Source of the DNA: Limisphaerales bacterium
Lineage (GTDB): Bacteria > Verrucomicrobiota > Verrucomicrobiia > Limisphaerales > CANJXF01
Assembly (NCBI GenBank): GCA_046595315.1
Contig: JBKJOZ010000220.1
Span: forward strand, 1 to 44,482
DNA length: 44,482 nt
Direction: 5' to 3'
Numbering within the stretch: position 1 is the stretch's first letter; every line of letters starts with the position of its first letter. Under the pieces are notes generated by a model, which was not told where the DNA came from, did no database searches, and worked only from the letters and a program-made list of their open reading frames with translations. Both the position numbers and the translations under genes were made by a program. Below are positions 35,603 through 43,702 of this stretch, piece by piece.

Positions 35603-35698
35603 TTTTCTGGGGGAATCCAGGTAATCGGTTTGGTATCAAATGCTCATCTCGTTTGCCGACGCTTGTCTCCGCGCTTTTTTCTCTGCTAGACTTTTTGC

Positions 35699-36787
35699 AT
35701 GGAAATTTTTCGTCGCATTTTATCCACGGCTGTTGAAGGTGGCGCCTCGGACGTTCATATCAAGGTCGAGAACCCAGTTGTTTTTCGCATTAACCGAAGA
35801 TTAGTTGCCATCGAGGCACCCGCACCGACGGAGGCATGGATGCAGACGGTCGTGGAGCACATTGTGCCCAAACATTTGATCAAGCGTTTTGAAGAAGATC
35901 ACGAGATTGATTTTTCCTATTTTCTTCCGGGCGTGGGGCGCTTCCGCACCAACCTGTTTCAGCAACGCGGCCAATATTGTTTGGCCATGCGCTTCGTCAA
36001 AACGCAGGTGCCCACTTTTGAAGAACTTGGCTTGCTGGAAATCCTGAAAAAAATAGCGCAATCCCCTCGCGGCATTGTTTTGCTCGCCGGTTCCACCGGT
36101 TCTGGAAAATCGACCACGCTCGCTGCGATGATCGAATACATCAATGCGAACAGCCGCAAACACATCATCACCATGGAAGATCCGATCGAATACGTTTTTG
36201 AAGATAACCAATCGGTCATCGAACAACGTGAAGTCGGTCTGGACACGATGTCGTTTGCGCACGGATTAAAACATGTTTTGCGTCAAGATCCGGACATCAT
36301 CATGGTCGGTGAAATGCGTGACGCGACCAGTTTTGCTGCGGCGATGAGTGCCGCCGATACAGGCCACTTGGTGCTGTCGACCCTTCACACAACCAACGCC
36401 GCGCAATCGGTTGGGCGCATTCTCGATTTCTTCAAAGCGGACGAACGCGAACAGGTTCGCCGTCAACTCGCTGGAACGTTGCAGGCCGTGATTTGCCAGC
36501 GCATGGTGCCGACGATTAGCGGCAGCATGACGCCCGCGCAGGAAATTTTAATCAACACCGGCACCGTGCGAAAATTGATTGAGGAAAATCGCTTGGATAA
36601 ACTACCGGCCGCAATTGAAACCGGCAGCGAAGATGGAATGCAAAATTTTAATCAGGCATTGTTTCAGTTGGTGCAAGCGGGAAAAGTCTCCCGCGAAGAA
36701 GCCTTGGCCAAAGCGACGAATCCACAGGCGCTGGAAATGAATTTCCAAGGAATTTTCCTCAGCGAAGGCAAACGAATTCTTGGGTAA
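35699..36787 (+). CDS. pilT: Type IV pilus retraction ATPase, PilT family
   Basis: Walker A GSTGSGKST, Asp box/Walker B DPDIIMVGEMRD, His box TGHLVLSTLHT, and an N-terminal ASDVHI motif. 362 aa. Confidence 0.85.
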   Translation: MEIFRRILSTAVEGGASDVHIKVENPVVFRINRRLVAIEAPAPTEAWMQTVVEHIVPKHLIKRFEEDHEIDFSYFLPGVGRFRTNLFQQRGQYCLAMRFVKTQVPTFEELGLLEILKKIAQSPRGIVLLAGSTGSGKSTTLAAMIEYINANSRKHIITMEDPIEYVFEDNQSVIEQREVGLDTMSFAHGLKHVLRQDPDIIMVGEMRDATSFAAAMSAADTGHLVLSTLHTTNAAQSVGRILDFFKADEREQVRRQLAGTLQAVICQRMVPTISGSMTPAQEILINTGTVRKLIEENRLDKLPAAIETGSEDGMQNFNQALFQLVQAGKVSREEALAKATNPQALEMNFQGIFLSEGKRILG

Positions 36788-36794
36788 ATTTTAG

Positions 36795-36850
36795 CCACCG
36801 AGGACACAGGGAAAATGTAATTTTCCCCGTCGTCTCTGTGTGCCTCTGTG
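36795..36850. terminator. Composite stem-loop between the convergent pilT and waaA genes
   Basis: Inner stem GGGAAAA/TTTTCCC with a 5-nt loop. Outer arms CCACCGAGGACACAG / CTGTGTGCCTCTGTGG give ~14 bp with one mismatch and one bulge. There is no clean U-tract. Confidence 0.3.
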
Positions 36851-36861
36851 GCAAAATGATT

Positions 36862-38163
36862 TTATTTGGGCAAACCAGCCAAAATCATATCGACGGTGCG
36901 ATCGATTGCGCCGAGATTTTCATGCACGACTTGCAGCGCGTTTTTGCCGAGCGCGTTTCGACGGTTTTCATCGGCGAGCAAATCCGCAATAGTTTTTTCC
37001 AATTCCGCTGCATCGCGCACTTGAATGGCGCCATCTTTTTTCACGAACGCTTCGGCAATCTGCGCAAAGTTTTGCATGTTCGGGCCAAAAACCATCGCCT
37101 TGCCGAGCGCACCGGGTTCAATCGGACTTTGCCCGCCTTCCGCTGTTAAACTTTTTCCGACGAAAATCACGGAAGCGTGTTCGTAAAAATACACGAGTTC
37201 CCCGGTGGTGTTGACGAGCAGGCAATCGATTTCTCCGGGAGTTTTGCGCGTTTCAGAGGTGATCGTGCTGCGATAAACGAACTTCACGCCGCGCCCTTCC
37301 AGTTCGCGCGCCACTTCTTTGCTACGCTCAAAATGACGCGGAACCAGCACGAGGAGCAGGTCGGGAAATTTTTCGCGCAAACGAAGGAAAATTTCCGCGA
37401 GAATCGTTTCTTCCCCAGCGTGAGTGCTTCCCGCCACTAAAATTGGCGTACCATTTTTAATCCCTAATTGCGCGAGCATTCCAGGAACATCGAGTAAACG
37501 GCGGTCATTCAGTTTTGCTGCGTCGAATTTTAAATTGCCGAAGGCGTGAACTTTTTCCTTGGGAAAACCGAGTTCGCGAAGCCGCGTGGCGTCCGTTTCA
37601 TTTTGGCAGCCAACGCCGGTGAACGATTTGAAAATGGATCGAAACAAAAATCCGAAACGTTTGTAGCCGCGAAAGGAACGTTCGGAGAGTCGGGCATTCA
37701 CGAGAAAAAGCGGGATGCGATAATCCGCCGCCGTCCACAAAAGGTTTGGCCAGATTTCCGCTTCGATCAGCACGATGGCAATGGGTTGAAGGGTGTTGAT
37801 CGCGCGCCGGACAATGCCTTGTCCATCGACGGGATAATAAATTTTGTCGATGTGCGGCGGAAGTTTTCGCAACAACTCGCCCATCCCGGTGGACGTGGTG
37901 GTGGAGACGACGATTTTTAAATTCGGCGCGCGCGGTTCCAGAGCTTTGATGAGGTGAGTGCAAATATTAACTTCGCCGACGCTGACGGCGTGGAGCCAAA
38001 GGATGTTTCGGTTCGTCAGGCATTGTTTCAGTTTGCCATCGTAAAGTCCGAAGCGTTGCCCGAAACCTCTTTTCCAATTTCCGCGCCGCCACATTTTTAG
38101 AAAATAAAACGGCGCGCTTAGCAGAAAACAAATCGGGAAAAGGATGTTGTAAAAAAAGCGCAT
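36862..38163 (-). CDS. waaA: 3-deoxy-D-manno-octulosonic acid (Kdo) transferase
   Basis: N-terminal membrane anchor FYNILFPICFLLSAPFYFL, then FGQRFG and LWLHAVSVGE, and a C-terminal GGSL-like FVGKSLTAEGGQSPIEP, typical of WaaA/KdtA. Confidence 0.8.
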   Translation of the reverse strand: MRFFYNILFPICFLLSAPFYFLKMWRRGNWKRGFGQRFGLYDGKLKQCLTNRNILWLHAVSVGEVNICTHLIKALEPRAPNLKIVVSTTTSTGMGELLRKLPPHIDKIYYPVDGQGIVRRAINTLQPIAIVLIEAEIWPNLLWTAADYRIPLFLVNARLSERSFRGYKRFGFLFRSIFKSFTGVGCQNETDATRLRELGFPKEKVHAFGNLKFDAAKLNDRRLLDVPGMLAQLGIKNGTPILVAGSTHAGEETILAEIFLRLREKFPDLLLVLVPRHFERSKEVARELEGRGVKFVYRSTITSETRKTPGEIDCLLVNTTGELVYFYEHASVIFVGKSLTAEGGQSPIEPGALGKAMVFGPNMQNFAQIAEAFVKKDGAIQVRDAAELEKTIADLLADENRRNALGKNALQVVHENLGAIDRTVDMILAGLPK

Positions 38164-38168
38164 GAAAA

Positions 38169-39656
38169 TTAATTGCGGAAAAAAATCAGCCAGATGATGA
38201 AGAGCACCGGCACCAGAAATGGCAGCGTGTATTTCAGGACATAACTCATGAAACCGGGTGTGTGAATTTTTTGGTGATCGGCGATGGCTTTGACCATGAA
38301 GTTTGGGCCGTTGCCAATGTAAGTGGCCGCGCCAAAAAAAACGGAGCCGACACTGATTGCGACAATGAAGTTATTGAAAGAGCGATTGCCGAGAAGAAAA
38401 GCGATTTCAATATTTTCAATGGTGATTTTTCCGGCGGCGAGTTCGCTGGAAAAATATTGATTCAAGGCACTAAAGGTTGCGCGAATTTGTTCTGCGTCAG
38501 GGCCGGTGAGAGTTGTCAGTTCTGCCCCGTGTGAACCGACCAGTTGTTGAACTTGCGCGATAAGATGGTGATCGATGGTTCCTTCAATGGCGCTTAAAAA
38601 ACTGAGGTAAGTCGGCGCATTGTCGAGGAATCCGGAAAGACTTCCGCAAGCCCAGTAGTAAAGAGAAGGGGAAGGGGTGCCCAGCATTCGGGAATTCACC
38701 TGAAGCCAGTCGAGCGCGGGCATCATAGTTGCAAAAATTCCGATGAACAAAATCGCAACTTCCTGGATGGGATGGAAATTAAAATTGTTGGCTTCATGCA
38801 CCGATTTTTTGGTCGTGAAATAGGAAGCAACCGCCGCGCCGATCATCAAGCCTTCGCGGAGGAATGGAGGGTTTTTAATGAAAACGGCTGCGATAATCAC
38901 CGTGAGCAAAAGCACATTGGGAATTCCGTCAAAACGCCATTCTTCATGCTGAGTTGCTTCAGCGCGAATTTGTTTGGGCGCTCTACGGAAATTGTGAGCG
39001 TCCACCACGTAAAACATGGCGAGAAGAATCCCGATTCCAACCGCCCACATCGGCCAGCAATGTTCGGCCACCCACCAGAATGGAATTCCTTTGAGATAAC
39101 CGAGGAACAAAGGCGGATCGCCTATGGGCGTGAGACACCCGCCGACATTTGACACGATGAAAATGAAAAACAAGACGTGATGCGCGGTCACGCGATATTT
39201 GTTCATGCGCAACCACGGACGAATCAGGAGCATCGAGGCGCCGGTCGTTCCCAGAAAATTCGCGAGGATTGCGCCAACCAAAAGAAAAACGACATTGGTA
39301 ATTGGCCTGGCTTCACCTTTGACGTTGATGTGAATTCCGCCAGAAACGACGAACAAAGAACCGATCAACGCAATGAAGCTGATGTATTCGTGCAGCGTCT
39401 CAAAAATTTTGTGATGGGCGGCGGAAGGTGTCCAGAACCAGCGCCAAATCTCTTTGTAAAAGGAAATTCCATGACCTTTCGGCAACTCGCCTTGGAATCC
39501 GAAAAGATAATAAGCCAACGTAATTGCGCCTAAAACGAGAGCGACTTTTGGATAATTTTTCGACCACCATTTTGAAAAGAGGAGGGGACCGAGCGCGATG
39601 GACGCCAGAAGCAAACCAAAGGGCAAAATCATCCAAGGATTCGGTGTGTATTCCAC
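38169..39656 (-). CDS. ArsB/NhaD-superfamily permease (putative Na+/H+ antiporter-like)
   Basis: 495 aa with ~12 hydrophobic segments. LLIRPWLRMNKYR....HVLFFIFIVSNVGGCLTPIGDPPLFLGYL resembles the conserved loop of this permease family. GTG start at 39656 (alternative ATG at 39632). It lies 5 nt upstream of waaA on the same strand. Confidence 0.6.
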   Translation of the reverse strand: MEYTPNPWMILPFGLLLASIALGPLLFSKWWSKNYPKVALVLGAITLAYYLFGFQGELPKGHGISFYKEIWRWFWTPSAAHHKIFETLHEYISFIALIGSLFVVSGGIHINVKGEARPITNVVFLLVGAILANFLGTTGASMLLIRPWLRMNKYRVTAHHVLFFIFIVSNVGGCLTPIGDPPLFLGYLKGIPFWWVAEHCWPMWAVGIGILLAMFYVVDAHNFRRAPKQIRAEATQHEEWRFDGIPNVLLLTVIIAAVFIKNPPFLREGLMIGAAVASYFTTKKSVHEANNFNFHPIQEVAILFIGIFATMMPALDWLQVNSRMLGTPSPSLYYWACGSLSGFLDNAPTYLSFLSAIEGTIDHHLIAQVQQLVGSHGAELTTLTGPDAEQIRATFSALNQYFSSELAAGKITIENIEIAFLLGNRSFNNFIVAISVGSVFFGAATYIGNGPNFMVKAIADHQKIHTPGFMSYVLKYTLPFLVPVLFIIWLIFFRN

Positions 39657-39768
39657 TGACTAAAAATTACGTTGCCGTTTAAAACCGGGTCAACCTGAAT
39701 CACTTTTAATTCGTGAATTGATTTCGGCGTTGTTATCTGTTCGCCGTTTTTTAGCGAAGGCAGATCGA

Positions 39769-39823
39769 CATGGGGAGGCGTGGCTGCGAATGCGGTGTAA
39801 GCTCGCAGCCACGGCTCCCCATG
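39769..39823. other. Long near-perfect stem-loop (21-bp arms, 13-nt loop)
   Basis: CATGGGGAGGCGTGGCTGCGA (39769-39789) pairs with TCGCAGCCACGGCTCCCCATG (39803-39823) at 20 of 21 positions. No U-tract follows on either strand. Confidence 0.5.
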
Positions 39824-39841
39824 CCGAGGTTGGATGGCACG

Positions 39842-39873
39842 ACAGAAATTATTTTTTCACATTTCTGTTTTTT
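39842..39873 (+). terminator. Plus-strand terminator-like hairpin + T-run
   Basis: ACAGAAAT (39842-39849) / ATTTCTGT (39861-39868), followed by TTTTT. It overlaps the stop codon of the minus-strand 110-aa ORF. Confidence 0.35.
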
Positions 39874-40205
39874 CATGCCGCCTCCGCGAGAAGCGTCTCG
39901 CTGCGGAGGCGGACTTGCTTTTGTTTTTGCAACTGCAAACGAGCGCGTAATGCTTTTTCTTCCAGCAAAGCCGGGAAGAACAAAAGCGGGAACGACGTTG
40001 TCCAAGCTAAAGCTGCGGCGTCGTTGGCGGCACGGCGCAAGGGCGCATTCAATTCCGGCCTCACGGCGTCGTCGAGCAATCGCCGCAACAAGCGGCCTTT
40101 TAATTGTTCGAATTTATCGTCCTGCGTCACCCGAAATGGCGTCGCCAAATCGAAGCGCGTTTCCGTCGCAAATTGCGTCGGTACTGTTTGTTTTCTATTT
40201 TTCAT
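39873..40205 (-). CDS. Orphan 110-aa hypothetical protein (helical, Arg/Leu/Ala-rich)
   Basis: It has the most protein-like composition of three overlapping long ORFs in this GC-richer patch (LLRRLLDDAVRPELNAPLRRAANDAAALAWTTSFPLLFFPALLEEKAL). The ATG at 40205 is preceded by an A-rich leader. No family recognised. Confidence 0.45.
   Translation of the reverse strand: MKNRKQTVPTQFATETRFDLATPFRVTQDDKFEQLKGRLLRRLLDDAVRPELNAPLRRAANDAAALAWTTSFPLLFFPALLEEKALRARLQLQKQKQVRLRSETLLAEAA
39878..39930 (+). terminator. Plus-strand GC-rich hairpin followed by a T-rich tract
   Basis: CCGCCTCCGC (39878-39887) / GCGGAGGCGG (39903-39912), followed by ACTTGCTTTTGTTTTTGC. It lies inside the 3' end of the minus-strand 110-aa ORF. 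Confidence 0.3.
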
Positions 40206-40248
40206 TTTTTCTTTCTAGCTCGCCGTTCTCCATGAACGGCAAATTCTT

Positions 40249-40290
40249 AAAACAAAAAACCCACGATTGACTGGCAATCGTGGGTTTTTA
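40249..40290 (-). terminator. Orphan intrinsic terminator (bidirectional architecture) ~45 nt upstream of the 110-aa ORF
   Basis: 10-bp stem CCCACGATTG (40260-40269) / CAATCGTGGG (40275-40284) with a 5-nt loop. It is flanked by AAAACAAAAAA (which gives U6GU4 on the minus strand) and TTTTT on the plus side. Confidence 0.55.
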
Positions 40291-40323
40291 AAATCTTTGG
40301 TTGTATCGTTTAGAAGATTTTTG

Positions 40324-40336
40324 CCACGTTGCCAGT
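40324..40336 (-). promoter_or_regulatory. Candidate anti-terminator strand of a minus-strand leader RNA
   Basis: Minus-strand ACUGGCAACGUGG pairs with CCACG-A-UUGCCAGU (the 5' arm plus loop of the 40260-40284 terminator) through 13 Watson-Crick pairs and one bulge. Confidence 0.4.
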
Positions 40337-40521
40337 AACCTGGTGCAAACGCCAAATCGGCATCGCTACGGAGCGACCGGAGACGCGCAGGCTCAATTTT
40401 ACTGTGAACGTGTTTTTCATCTAAGCGGCTGAAAGAAACAGCAGGGTGTCCCATTTGTCAAAAGAATTTTCTGCCGCATCAGACTTGAGCGACATCTTTT
40501 GGATGCTAGTATTTTCTTGTG

Positions 40522-41541
40522 ATGGGCAACTCAAACGAAGGCAACAAACCGTTAAAAATGGTGAGTTGTGGCGCATGCGGCGCAAAGAATTTTATTCCAG
40601 GAGACTTGCCGCAATTTGAAACCATTGCCTGTTTGAAGTGCGGCCATCCGGTGATGTTGCCAGTGACTTTTCGGCAATTTGAATTGCGCGAAGTGATTGC
40701 GTCCGGTGGCATGGGAACGGTTTTCAGCGCGTTCGACGTGAATCTTCAACGTGCCGTTGCGTTGAAAATGATGAAGCGCGAAATGCTCGAGGATCCGGAA
40801 GTTTTGGAGAGCTTTTACCGTGAAGCCCGCGCCGGCGCCGCGCTCAATCACACCAACATCATTCACATTTACACGTTCGACGAATTTGAAGGTCAACCCT
40901 ACCTCGTCATGGAACTGGCCAACAATGGCAGTCTCGATACGCGGATCTCCGCAGAAACCCGCGTGCCGGAGCTCGATGTTCTTGATGTGGGAATCAAAGT
41001 CGCCTCCGCGCTGGCCACAGCGCTCAAACACAATCTCCTCCATCGCGACATCAAGCCCGGAAATATTTTGTTCAATAGCGATGTTCCACCCGAGCCCAAG
41101 CTCATTGATTTCGGTTTGGCGCGCGCGGCGGAAGTGGACGTGGACCCCTCTAGTGAATCCAGTGTTTGGGGAACGCCTTACTATGTCGCCCCGGAAAAAA
41201 TTAAGCGTGAACGAGAAGATTTTCTGTCCGACATGTATAGCCTGGGTGGAACGCTTTACCACGCCTTGACCGGTCACGTCCCATTCGAAGCACCCACGGT
41301 GGAAGATTTGGTTTCGGCACATGTTCACACGCCACTCACGCCGCCCAATCAGGTTGTGTTGGAGATTACACAAACGACGAGCGATGCGTTGGTTCGCGCG
41401 ATGGCTAAAGAACCGGCGAACCGCTTTCAATCCTACGACGAATTGATTCTCGTCCTCACCGCCGCGCGCAGCGAACTCCTTGTCAACCGATACAACCAGC
41501 CTGCTCCTGACAGTAAAAAAAGCTGGTGGCGCGGTTCATGA
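40522..41541 (+). CDS. Ser/Thr protein kinase (Hanks type) with an N-terminal zinc-ribbon
   Basis: CGACGAKN...CLKCGHP (C..C-x17-C..C), then GGMGTVF, AVALK, HRDIKPGNILF, DFGLAR and GTPYYVAPE. I prefer the ATG at 40522 over the adjacent GTG at 40519. Confidence 0.8.
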   Translation: MGNSNEGNKPLKMVSCGACGAKNFIPGDLPQFETIACLKCGHPVMLPVTFRQFELREVIASGGMGTVFSAFDVNLQRAVALKMMKREMLEDPEVLESFYREARAGAALNHTNIIHIYTFDEFEGQPYLVMELANNGSLDTRISAETRVPELDVLDVGIKVASALATALKHNLLHRDIKPGNILFNSDVPPEPKLIDFGLARAAEVDVDPSSESSVWGTPYYVAPEKIKREREDFLSDMYSLGGTLYHALTGHVPFEAPTVEDLVSAHVHTPLTPPNQVVLEITQTTSDALVRAMAKEPANRFQSYDELILVLTAARSELLVNRYNQPAPDSKKSWWRGS

Positions 41542-41574
41542 AAAACAAAAAAGGCAGGCCGTTAAGGCCTGCCT
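41541..41574 (-). terminator. Intrinsic terminator of the lysine-rich protein gene, overlapping the kinase stop codon
   Basis: 9-bp perfect stem AGGCAGGCC (41552-41560) / GGCCTGCCT (41566-41574) with a 5-nt loop. Read on the minus strand it is followed by TTTTTGTTTTT (41551-41541). On the plus strand there is no T-run. Confidence 0.6.
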
Positions 41575-41603
41575 GTAATATCCGTTTGAAAAACTTCTTG
41601 CTC

Positions 41604-42011
41604 TTACTTCTTCTCTTTCTTGTCGGCAGATTTGCCAGTCGCTTCAGCTTTCGGTCCGATACGCAACGACCCGGCTTCTAGTTTTCCGTCAGCGCTTTCA
41701 CGATAAGAACCGCCGACTTCATCGCCGACTTTGGCGTCCGCCAAGGTCGCTGGTTTGCCATCTTTTTTCACCTTGGTTTTATCCGTAATGTGAATGGTTT
41801 TCTTTTTCGTTTTCCCGATACTGATCGTTTTTGCGGCCTGATCAATTTCGTTGATTTTGCCAAAAAATGGAGAAGGACGATCCTTTTTGCCTTCAGCAGT
41901 TTCAACTTTTTTCTCAACCTTGTCCGCTTTTTTGTCTTCTGCTTGAACAGTGACAATTGCCCCGGCAGCGAAAGCTGCCACTAAACCAATTCCAATGAGT
42001 TTTTTAATCAT
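41604..42011 (-). CDS. Small secreted lysine-rich protein
   Basis: Signal peptide MIKKLIGIGLVAAFAAGAIVTVQA, Lys-rich flanks, and a central IHITDKTKVKKDGKPATLADAKVGDEV beta-rich segment. It is followed by an intrinsic terminator. Confidence 0.55.
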   Translation of the reverse strand: MIKKLIGIGLVAAFAAGAIVTVQAEDKKADKVEKKVETAEGKKDRPSPFFGKINEIDQAAKTISIGKTKKKTIHITDKTKVKKDGKPATLADAKVGDEVGGSYRESADGKLEAGSLRIGPKAEATGKSADKKEKK

Positions 42012-42106
42012 AATTTTGTAATGAATTTGAACGGGTGTAACAAAACCGGCTTTTTTGTAAAGTAATCTTTCTTGTTTTCAAAGTACCTGCTGGTTATCAA
42101 ATTTGA

Positions 42107-43411
42107 ATGAAAGCCAGAATTTTTACCGCTGTCGCCAGCCTGCTTTTACTTGCCTCTTTGCACGCGGAAAACTGGCCGCAATGGCGCGGACCCAATTTCA
42201 ACGGCTCGACCACTGGAAAAAATTTACCCACCAACTGGAGCACCAGCGAAAACATTATTTGGAAAGCGCCAATGTCAGGATTGAGCGGCGCAACTCCGGC
42301 GATTTGGGGCGACCACGTTTTTGTTTCCAGTCCAGACGCTCAAAAAAATTTGAACCTCATTTGCCTTAACCGTGTTGATGGAAAAGTTCGTTGGCAAAAA
42401 CAAGTTGTGGTCGGCGACAAAGTCATCGGGCGAAACAACATGGCCTCGCCCTCGCCCGTCACCGATGGGAAAACTGTTTTTGTGATGTTCGGCACCGGCA
42501 ATCTCGCTGCGTTTGATTTTTCAGGAAAAGAAATCTGGACGCGCAACCTCGGAAAAGATTTCGGGAAATTTTCCATCATGTGGCTCTACGGCTCCAGTCC
42601 GTTGCTCTACAAAGGCAAACTTTATGTCCAGGTTTTGCAGCGGGAACCGATTCCCGCCGATTACGCCCACGCCATTGACGATAAACCGAATCGCGATTCT
42701 TATTTGCTCTGTCTCGATCCGAAAACGGGCAAAGACCTCTGGCGTCACATCCGCAAAACCAAAGCGAAGATGGAATCCGCCGAAGCGTATTCAACCCCGA
42801 TTCCTTTCGAGGGAAAAAATGGATCTGAAATAATTATCGTTGGTGGAAATTGCACGACCAGTCACAACGCTGAAACCGGTGAAGAAATCTGGCGTTGCGA
42901 CGGCTTGAACGCGAAAGACGGACAGTGGATGCGCATTGTTCCGTCCCCCGTGACTGGAGCTGGAATGATTTTCGTTTGCGCCGCAAAACGCGAACCTGTT
43001 TTCGCGATCAAATCCGGCGGCAAAGGCAACATCACCGCCACGCACGTTGCCTGGAAATTTGAAGAATTTCCGAGCGATTGCGTCACCCCTTTATTTTATC
43101 AGGACAAACTTTTCGTCCTCGATGGCGACAAACAAATGATGACCTGTCTCGATCCAAAAACCGGTGAGAAGAAATGGCAGGGAAATCTGGGCGTGCGCGA
43201 TATTTTTCGCGCTTCGCCGACCGGCGCGGATGGAAAAATCTATTGTTACAGCGAACGCGGCACCGTGGTTGTCCTCGATGCGGGTGAAGAATTTAAAATC
43301 TTGTCCACCATTCGCATGGAAGAAGAACCGTGTCGCTCCTCTATCGCCGTGTCACAAGGCCAACTCTTCATCCGCACCGCAGAGAATCTTTACTGCATCG
43401 GGAAGAAATAA
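42107..43411 (+). CDS. Secreted PQQ-like beta-propeller repeat protein (BamB-like fold)
   Basis: Signal peptide MKARIFTAVASLLLLASLHA followed by ENWPQWRGPNFNG. Repeated G.(V/I)(F/Y)(V/C)......(L/V).(A/C)(L/F)D..(T/S)G(K/E)..W units occur throughout. Confidence 0.7.
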   Translation: MKARIFTAVASLLLLASLHAENWPQWRGPNFNGSTTGKNLPTNWSTSENIIWKAPMSGLSGATPAIWGDHVFVSSPDAQKNLNLICLNRVDGKVRWQKQVVVGDKVIGRNNMASPSPVTDGKTVFVMFGTGNLAAFDFSGKEIWTRNLGKDFGKFSIMWLYGSSPLLYKGKLYVQVLQREPIPADYAHAIDDKPNRDSYLLCLDPKTGKDLWRHIRKTKAKMESAEAYSTPIPFEGKNGSEIIIVGGNCTTSHNAETGEEIWRCDGLNAKDGQWMRIVPSPVTGAGMIFVCAAKREPVFAIKSGGKGNITATHVAWKFEEFPSDCVTPLFYQDKLFVLDGDKQMMTCLDPKTGEKKWQGNLGVRDIFRASPTGADGKIYCYSERGTVVVLDAGEEFKILSTIRMEEEPCRSSIAVSQGQLFIRTAENLYCIGKK

Positions 43412-43429
43412 TTCAGGCCATAATTTCGT

Positions 43430-43702
43430 CTAGCGCAACCGGAGCAATTGATCGTAAGCCGAATGGTGCCCAATCCAAAACCACTGAAGTCCATCGGGAC
43501 GTTCTTTGGCTAGGGCGCGATAGTGAAGCCCTATTCGCGCTGAATAAAGAACGCCAATCTTTTTCAAGCGAACGGATGGATGCCGGGGATTTTTTTTGAG
43601 AAGTTCAAAATTTTTATCGGCGAGGATGCGGATGCTCTCCGGGAGTTGGCGGTAGAAAAACCAGAAATCTGGATCGGCGAAATGATTCAAAGCGGTTTGC
43701 AA
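43430..43702 (-). CDS. Type II toxin, RelE/ParE superfamily
   Basis: 90 aa. FW..YRQLP..I...A.KNFELLK.NPRHPSV.LKKIG..YSARIG..YRALA.......WFWIGHH..YD matches the RelE/ParE-like toxin pattern. It overlaps the upstream small ORF by 16 nt. Confidence 0.6.
   Translation of the reverse strand: MQTALNHFADPDFWFFYRQLPESIRILADKNFELLKKNPRHPSVRLKKIGVLYSARIGLHYRALAKERPDGLQWFWIGHHSAYDQLLRLR

Noticed and set aside
39718-40270. Two 166-aa plus-strand ORFs (39718..40218 and 39770..40270) overlapping the 110-aa minus-strand ORF.
   Set aside because: Cys/Arg/Ser/Phe-rich low-complexity translations. They are most simply explained as antisense shadow frames of a GC-richer segment. I kept only the minus-strand ORF, and only at moderate confidence.
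40215-40454. 79-aa minus-strand ORF reading through the orphan terminator.
   Set aside because: Its composition is unconvincing and it would encode through a 10-bp hairpin plus a U-tract. I interpret the region as a non-coding leader, but the ORF is listed as a refutation route in the corresponding finding.
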